The translations under genes were made by a program, and so were the position numbers. Below the pieces are notes generated by a model. That model ran no database searches and was not told where the DNA came from. It worked only from the letters and a program-made list of their open reading frames with translations. Of a stretch of DNA of 64,000 nucleotides, positions 58,692 through 64,000 are shown piece by piece; positions within the stretch are counted from its first letter, which is position 1, and every line of letters begins with the position of its first letter. Source of the DNA: a virus. Taxonomy: Duplodnaviria; Caudoviricetes. Where the stretch lies: positions 32,001-96,000 of the IMG/VR virus record IMGVR_UViG_3300012983_000031, one strand, 5' to 3'.

Positions 58692-59139
58692 ACAGCTACA
58701 AGAAATAGAGAACAAGTTCTCGCAACGTCGAGAATATTGGATGAAGATTATCGAGGACATGACTGTGAAACTTAAATCAGTCGAGACGGTGATCGAACTC
58801 CAGTCATACGTTTTTGTTAGAAGGCAGGAGGCTGTGGAGAATTATCATTCTCTCGCAGCCACTGTTGCCAAATGGTCAAAGCAATTTAAGGAGCAATCTG
58901 CAAAGATATACAAAGACATACGGCTGATGAGGACAACACCTGGATCCACATCGTTTATGTTCAGCACAGAGGGTGCAATAAGGGAACAGATTGATGCTAC
59001 TCTTTCAAATGATAAATATCTTATCGATATAATGGAGACCCATCTTGGCTATCTTGATAATACAATAAAGACGATAGATGGGATAATATATTCAATAAAT
59101 AATCGTATAAAACTTGAAGAAATCAAACTCGGAAGATGA
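58681..59139 (+). CDS. uvsY: UvsY-like recombination mediator
   Basis: All-helical protein following uvsX, ending YLDNTIKTIDGIIYSINNRIKLEEI. Confidence 0.65.
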   Translation: MEIEQLQEIENKFSQRREYWMKIIEDMTVKLKSVETVIELQSYVFVRRQEAVENYHSLAATVAKWSKQFKEQSAKIYKDIRLMRTTPGSTSFMFSTEGAIREQIDATLSNDKYLIDIMETHLGYLDNTIKTIDGIIYSINNRIKLEEIKLGR

Positions 59140-59192
59140 TGAATGCCTTTGGCGATAATGGTTGCGGTCAATTTAATCTTGATGACGATTGA
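59136..59192 (+). CDS. Possible 18-aa micro-ORF MMNAFGDNGCGQFNLDDD
   Basis: ATGA overlap with the uvsY stop; fills the gap to the gp4-like gene. Confidence 0.3.
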   Translation: MMNAFGDNGCGQFNLDDD

Positions 59193-59205
59193 TAATTAAA
59201 AAATC

Positions 59206-59793
59206 ATGGCAAACGTATCTACATATAAAAAATACCATCCGCCGAAAATGCTGATGGAGAATGAGACTGGAAAGCCTCATCAAGGAGTCTTTATACCTAA
59301 ACATCCAGATAAAGTGATCGGTGGAGAGGTAATATACAGATCTGGGTGGGAACTGGCGTTCGCAAGATGGTGTGATGATAATCCTTCTGTTATAGAATGG
59401 GGATCAGAACCGTGCTGTATTCAATATAGAAATCCAGCTGGTGTTGATTTTGAGGCTTGTAAAAAATGGAGAGCTGATCCTGAGAACCCGTTGAATTGGC
59501 CAGTCGCTAATTATTATCCAGATTTTTATGTTTGTTTGCAGGATGCTGAAGATGAATACGGGACAAATCGCCTTCGCCTTATCATTGAGATAAAGCCTAA
59601 AAATCAAACAGAGAGACCTATTGCTCCAAACCCGAACGCGAAACTTAGACAACAAAAGACGTATATAAATGCTGTGAAGACATATTTACAGAATAAGAAG
59701 AAATGGGAAGCAGCGATTCAATGGTGTAAGGAAAAGGGATTCGAGTTTAAGGTTTATACAGAGGTGACGCTTGAAAAAATGGGAATAATATGA
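59206..59793 (+). CDS. gp4: gp4-like head completion nuclease (TnsA-like PD-(D/E)xK fold)
   Basis: IYRSGWE..F..WCD.NP.V..WGSE...YYPDF...IIEIKP...KWEAA. Confidence 0.9.
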   Translation: MANVSTYKKYHPPKMLMENETGKPHQGVFIPKHPDKVIGGEVIYRSGWELAFARWCDDNPSVIEWGSEPCCIQYRNPAGVDFEACKKWRADPENPLNWPVANYYPDFYVCLQDAEDEYGTNRLRLIIEIKPKNQTERPIAPNPNAKLRQQKTYINAVKTYLQNKKKWEAAIQWCKEKGFEFKVYTEVTLEKMGII

Positions 59794-59794
59794 C

Positions 59795-60472
59795 ATGGAA
59801 AGTAACAAATATTATAAAGCATATAAAGAATGTTCTAACATAAAGGATAAGGAAAAGGAATCATTTGATTATCTTATTACAGATCTTATGGTGAAGGATT
59901 TGTATGGGGCGGATAAATCTCATACAATATCAGCACAAAATATGGAACAAAAAATGCCGACAAACTTTGTGCCGACAATGTTTTACATTTTCATGTATGT
60001 GACACCAGAACAGCAAAATGGTGGTTTTTATGATGTGTGTCCGTTGATACTTTGCCTGTCATGTAACAGAACAACGGTTACAGGTATTAACTTTAATCTA
60101 TTGCCAAATGACTTGCGTGCAAGATTTCTTGACATATTGACAGGAGATTTTCATGAATTCTATGATGATATAGAAAAAACAGCTGATGATAATGATGAAC
60201 CAAAAATTAACAAAATGTTTGGAAATGGTGTTGTGTCACAAAAAGGCGTGAAAGCACTTCTTCAATACATGACGGCAAAGACAAACATAAACATGAGTTC
60301 TTGTGTCAGACAGTATGACAGGAGATTCATATTCAAGACGAGGATGCTCGAATATGATGATTGGGAATATATAACGTTTCTTTCCTTTAAGGATGCTGTT
60401 CGCGGAGCAAGCCTCGCTAAACTGCAAGCTGACTTAATCATTAAAAATCAGATAAATAGTCTAAAACGATAA
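59795..60472 (+). CDS. gp2: gp2-like DNA end protector
   Basis: FYIFMY...FYDVCPLI...GINFNLLP...R..FLD...CVRQY; follows gp4 as in T4. Confidence 0.75.
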   Translation: MESNKYYKAYKECSNIKDKEKESFDYLITDLMVKDLYGADKSHTISAQNMEQKMPTNFVPTMFYIFMYVTPEQQNGGFYDVCPLILCLSCNRTTVTGINFNLLPNDLRARFLDILTGDFHEFYDDIEKTADDNDEPKINKMFGNGVVSQKGVKALLQYMTAKTNINMSSCVRQYDRRFIFKTRMLEYDDWEYITFLSFKDAVRGASLAKLQADLIIKNQINSLKR

Positions 60473-60476
60473 ATAG
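60450..60476 (+). promoter_or_regulatory. Tandem late promoter motifs upstream of the portal gene
   Basis: GATAAATAG occurs twice (60451-60459 and 60468-60476). Confidence 0.7.
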
Positions 60477-60482
60477 CGAATA

Positions 60483-62285
60483 ATGCCACGATATATATTA
60501 AAGTCACTTGGTACAAGCATAGCACAGGCAAATAAAGGAGCAACAAGAGCATTTGAGAAAAACCTTCTCAATCTCAGTGCGTTAGGTATTAAGTGGAATA
60601 GCTCGCTCATTAAGCAAATTAGAACAAATGATGATTTCGATGCCGCGAACGACAATGGTCTGGGAAATGTTAACAGATCTATGTTTAGCGGAGAAGACGC
60701 GTTCACAAGGCAATATGAGAATATTGCAGGTAACAATAAGTTCATTGCTTTTTATGATCAGGCTTATCAGATGAGAAGGGACTTCCTTCGTAAGTTTGCT
60801 TTGCAGGGTGAAATAGATTATGTGCTTGATACGATTGCCGACGAGGTCATCGTTAATGATGATATGCACTATTTCGCTTATCCTAACACGAAACAGCTTA
60901 GAACTATTCTGAAGCCAGAGCATGGAAAGAAAATAGTTGATGAACTTAACGCCGCATATAGAAGAATATATCACATGTTCCATTTCAATGAGTCAAATGA
61001 CGCGTGGCATTATGTGAAGAAATTCCTTGTTGACGGATTCCTGGCGTTCGAAATTATATACTCTGATAAGAAATCGAACAAGAATATTGCATCGGATATT
61101 ATTGGCTTTAAGGAACTTGATCCAATTACACTTCAGCCAGAAATCAGAATTAATAATGATGGACAAGAATATAAGGTGTGGATTATAAACAAAGGCGACA
61201 AGCAAAACGAACGAGAACTTCTTGACACAAATGTTATATATATATCGTGGGCGAAAAGTAATTTTGTGTCACACTTCTCTTATTGCGAACGCCTTATACG
61301 CTCGTTCAACATGCTGAGAACATTGGAGAATAGCCGAATCATATGGAATATACAAAACGCCCAAAAGAGAATAAAGATTGTTGTTCCAGTTGGAACAGAA
61401 TCGGATCAGATTGCGAAGACAAGATTACGACAACTTGAGGCTTATTATAAGGAAGACATCGTTATTGATAACATGTCTGGTGAAATAACCGTTAACGGAC
61501 AGCCTAAGTTTAGTTTCGCGAAAACGATGGTGTTCCCAGCAAAGGATGGTGTGAGCACTGAAATAAGCGAAATAGGAATAGAAGGTCATGACATGAATTC
61601 AACAGAACAGCTTAAATGGTTTTGGCAGAGATTCATGATAGAAAGCAAACTTCCGAAAGACAGGTTCAACATGATCTTTGACGGAAACGAGGCTTCAGCT
61701 ATTCCTGATAATAATAACATGACAAGGGAGGAATACAGATTCTCTCTGTTCATAGGACAAATACGAGATTTGTTCAAGGAGATTCTACTTAAGCCTATGT
61801 GGTTGCAGTTCTGTTTGCATAATACGGCTTTTGCAGGAAATGATGTGCTGAAGAATGCCCTTGGTCTGACGTTCGTCGAGGAAAATATATTCAGGCTCGC
61901 TAAGGAGTCAGCAAATCTGCAGGTTGCGTCACAGATTATTCAAACATTGTCTGGACTACAAGGTGGTGACGGAAAACCTGTGTTTCCGATGAAATATCTT
62001 GTACAGAAATATCTTAGCGTCACTGATGACGAATGGAAGCTCATTGAAAAGCTTAAAGCGGAAGAAGAGGAGAACGCTCAAAACGCTAAAGGTCAAGAAG
62101 GTGGCATGGGTGGTGGCATGGGTGAATTTGGTAATACTGGATTTGGTGAAGGATCTGCTTTCGGCGGCGGAGGTGGTGGCTTCGAAGAAGGAGGCGGTGG
62201 AGGATTTGAATCTCCAGGTGAAGAACCCGCTGCACCAGAACCCGCTGCACCAGAACCCGCAGGAGGTGGCGGAGAGATTATATAA
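60483..62285 (+). CDS. gp20: gp20-like portal protein with Gly/Glu/Pro-rich C-terminal tail
   Basis: EIDYVLDTIADE, KFLVDGFLAFEII, ELDP, LRTLENSRIIW..QNA.KR, TEISEI, SKLPKDRF, MTREEYRFSLFI..IR..F. Confidence 0.92.
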   Translation: MPRYILKSLGTSIAQANKGATRAFEKNLLNLSALGIKWNSSLIKQIRTNDDFDAANDNGLGNVNRSMFSGEDAFTRQYENIAGNNKFIAFYDQAYQMRRDFLRKFALQGEIDYVLDTIADEVIVNDDMHYFAYPNTKQLRTILKPEHGKKIVDELNAAYRRIYHMFHFNESNDAWHYVKKFLVDGFLAFEIIYSDKKSNKNIASDIIGFKELDPITLQPEIRINNDGQEYKVWIINKGDKQNERELLDTNVIYISWAKSNFVSHFSYCERLIRSFNMLRTLENSRIIWNIQNAQKRIKIVVPVGTESDQIAKTRLRQLEAYYKEDIVIDNMSGEITVNGQPKFSFAKTMVFPAKDGVSTEISEIGIEGHDMNSTEQLKWFWQRFMIESKLPKDRFNMIFDGNEASAIPDNNNMTREEYRFSLFIGQIRDLFKEILLKPMWLQFCLHNTAFAGNDVLKNALGLTFVEENIFRLAKESANLQVASQIIQTLSGLQGGDGKPVFPMKYLVQKYLSVTDDEWKLIEKLKAEEEENAQNAKGQEGGMGGGMGEFGNTGFGEGSAFGGGGGGFEEGGGGGFESPGEEPAAPEPAAPEPAGGGGEII

Positions 62286-62290
62286 AACTA

Positions 62291-62324
62291 AAAACGGACT
62301 GATTAATCAGCCCGTTTATTTTTT
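62291..62324. terminator. Bidirectional terminator
   Basis: AAACGGACTGATTAATCAGCCCGTTT hairpin between convergent genes. Confidence 0.7.
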
Positions 62325-62339
62325 GCAATGATTTAATTA

Positions 62340-62564
62340 TTAGAATGTTGCACATCCCCAACAAACATTATTCAATCCTTTGGTTGTGTAACCAGGAGTG
62401 AATCCAGAAGGTGTTGAAGACTTAAAGCATTTGCTTGATGATTGTTTTTGATCAAGCTCATTTCGCATACTTGCAAAACTGCCTGCCTGATTTGGGTTAA
62501 GATTTCCTTGTGGAATCATTCTTCCGCAATTAACATCAACCAATTTCATATCGTTAGCTGCCAT
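62340..62564 (-). CDS. Small 74-aa late protein ending CWGCATF
   Basis: Start revised to ATG 62564, downstream of the late motif GGATAAATA (62587-62595). Confidence 0.65.
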   Translation of the reverse strand: MAANDMKLVDVNCGRMIPQGNLNPNQAGSFASMRNELDQKQSSSKCFKSSTPSGFTPGYTTKGLNNVCWGCATF

Positions 62565-62633
62565 TATATCGTTACGTTCGTTTCTGTATTTATCCGTTTT
62601 TATCGTTTCGAATTGAAAAAATCGCATAATTTT

Positions 62634-62664
62634 TTTGCTATTTGAAAAATAAGTTGTATCTTTG
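62634..62664 (+). promoter_or_regulatory. Bacteroidetes primary-sigma promoter (-33 TTTG, -7 TAnnTTTG)
   Basis: TTTG (62634-62637), 19 nt, then TATCTTTG (62657-62664). Confidence 0.75.
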
Positions 62665-62706
62665 CAACATCAAATAAATATCCTCAAAAACGTACATCAA
62701 ATCAAA

Positions 62707-63888
62707 ATGAAATTTTTAGAGAATAAATGGTTTCGTGCGGCGATACCCGCATTATTAATTCACTCCTGCATAGGTAGCGTATACTGCTGGAGTCTTCTGA
62801 AAAATGAGATTGCGGCAGAAATAGGATGCGATGTGTCATCCATTGAGTTTGCGTTCTCTCTTGCGATATTCTTCTTGGGTATGTCTGCAGCGTTTGGAGG
62901 AAGGTTCGTTGAAAAGAATGTAAAGTATGCTTCAATTACATCACTTGTATTTTTTGTTGCAGGACTTCTGTTGACAGTCTTGTCGATTCATAACCAAAGC
63001 CAACTCGGTGTTATGATTAGTTACGGATGCCTTATGGGTGTCGGTCTTGGTATCGGATATCTCTCTCCTGTTAAAACCTTAATGCTTTGGTTTAGTGAGC
63101 ACAAGGGATTGGCGACAGGTATCGCAATATCAGGGTTTGGATTATCAAAAGTCATGTTTTCTCCGCTAATAACATACTGTAATGATAACTTTGGAGTGTG
63201 CAACACGCTTATGTTGATGTCTGCAATTGCTGTTGTATGTATGTCTGCCGCTGCTATTCTTATTAAGAAACCTGAAGGTTGGATTGAACCAAAAGATAAG
63301 TTTAGCTTATCAGACAGTTGGCATATTATAAAGAATCCTACTTATCTGAAAATATGGTTTATATTCTATATTAATATCACATGCGGACTTGCGCTTATCG
63401 CGTTCGAGAAAAGCATAGCAATGTCTGTTGGCATTACAGCAGTTGGTCTTATTGCCTCGTTGACAGCATTCTTTAACACAATGGGAAGGTTCTGGTATTC
63501 TACAGCGTCCGATAAACTGAAGAGAAAGGAAATAATTTATATAATCATATTCGCATCATCTGTAATAGCAACAGGACTTGGTATGTCTTTGATGTATGCA
63601 ATACCTATCGTAATAATGCTTTGTCTGATAAATGCTGGCTACGGCGGCGGATTTTCAACTCTTCCGACATTGTTGCAAAGCAAATTCGGGATGGATAAAA
63701 TCAGCACAATACATGGGTTCGCATTAAGCGCATGGGCATGGGCTGGTCTTTCTGGCAATCAACTTTCCAATCTGTTAATCAATAAGTTGGAACTTGATTA
63801 CGAGTATTTGTTTGCCGTGCTTTGTATGTTGTATATGATAAGTTTATGTATAACTCTTAGAATAGGAAATGCAAATGAACAAAACTGA
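62707..63888 (+). CDS. MFS transporter, OFA (oxalate:formate antiporter/YhjX-like) family
   Basis: About 12 TM segments; IGSVYCWS, G.GLGIGYLSPV..L..WF...KGLATG.AI.GFG, N..GR.....SD and YGGGF..LP....FG. Start revised to ATG 62707. Confidence 0.88.
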   Translation: MKFLENKWFRAAIPALLIHSCIGSVYCWSLLKNEIAAEIGCDVSSIEFAFSLAIFFLGMSAAFGGRFVEKNVKYASITSLVFFVAGLLLTVLSIHNQSQLGVMISYGCLMGVGLGIGYLSPVKTLMLWFSEHKGLATGIAISGFGLSKVMFSPLITYCNDNFGVCNTLMLMSAIAVVCMSAAAILIKKPEGWIEPKDKFSLSDSWHIIKNPTYLKIWFIFYINITCGLALIAFEKSIAMSVGITAVGLIASLTAFFNTMGRFWYSTASDKLKRKEIIYIIIFASSVIATGLGMSLMYAIPIVIMLCLINAGYGGGFSTLPTLLQSKFGMDKISTIHGFALSAWAWAGLSGNQLSNLLINKLELDYEYLFAVLCMLYMISLCITLRIGNANEQN

Positions 63889-64000
63889 AGGAGAATTGCG
63901 TAAAGCGGCATTTTCGCTTGCGGATAGTTATATTGAGCGTGTAATGACGGATGATTATGTCGTTCGTCAATGCACGTTTGATGATGTTTGGGAAGATTTC
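63875..64000 (+). CDS. Partial hypothetical protein (MNKTEGELRKAAF...)
   Basis: Open to the window end; overlaps the MFS stop. Confidence 0.55.
   Translation, partial: MNKTEGELRKAAFSLADSYIERVMTDDYVVRQCTFDDVWEDF

Noticed and set aside
59206-59793. Tn7-like transposon (TnsA)
   Set aside because: The motifs and the position before gp2 and portal fit T4 gp4; no tnsB/tnsC or transposon ends.
31126-62285. Inteins or introns in uvsW, uvsX or portal
   Set aside because: Lengths are normal, motifs are contiguous, and no intein or homing-endonuclease signatures were seen.
1-64000. Stop-codon reassignment (TAG=Gln as in Lak and some crAss-like phages)
   Set aside because: Genes up to 2227 aa are intact in the standard code and coding density is near complete. 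The TAG at 46255 is followed directly by a terminator. The apparent gap at 1-2061 is an ORF running off the window edge.
1-64000. tRNA or rRNA genes
   Set aside because: No cloverleaf or rRNA-like sequence seen in the short intergenic gaps; tRNAscan and Infernal were not run.

Overview
This 64-kb window comes from a large T4-like (jumbo-type) myophage genome that uses the standard genetic code. The host is most likely a Bacteroidales species, based on a Bacteroidetes-type TTTG-N19-TAnnTTTG promoter, A-rich starts without Shine-Dalgarno sites and a Bacteroides/Prevotella-type tailspike. The window holds the structural core: portal gp20, gp2, gp4, neck gp14, tail terminators gp15 and gp3, baseplate gp5/27/53/48/54/26/51-like genes, a 1570-aa putative prohead core protein and two paralogous receptor-binding proteins. 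It also carries the late sigma factor gp55, UvsX/UvsY/UvsW, two glycosyltransferases, a Dps/ferritin-like gene and an OFA-family MFS transporter. Main points for follow-up: (1) a late-expressed MoxR AAA+ / HEXXH metallopeptidase / vWA module whose vWA gene was missed by the ORF track, carries 59 QQG repeats, and shares prohead-protease-like [ILVM]xE-S sites with its partners, suggesting packaging in the virion; (2) a candidate +1 programmed frameshift (TTT CGA) fusing the gp26-like and gp51-like genes; (3) three promoter classes readable from sequence (host-type, a six-copy TTTAATCGTTTT-N12-GTATAATA middle motif, and a GATAAATA late motif); (4) a 374-bp intergenic region resembling a promoter-driven replication origin; (5) a duplicated fibre cassette with different receptor-binding ends. 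All product calls come from motif recognition by eye; no database searches were run.
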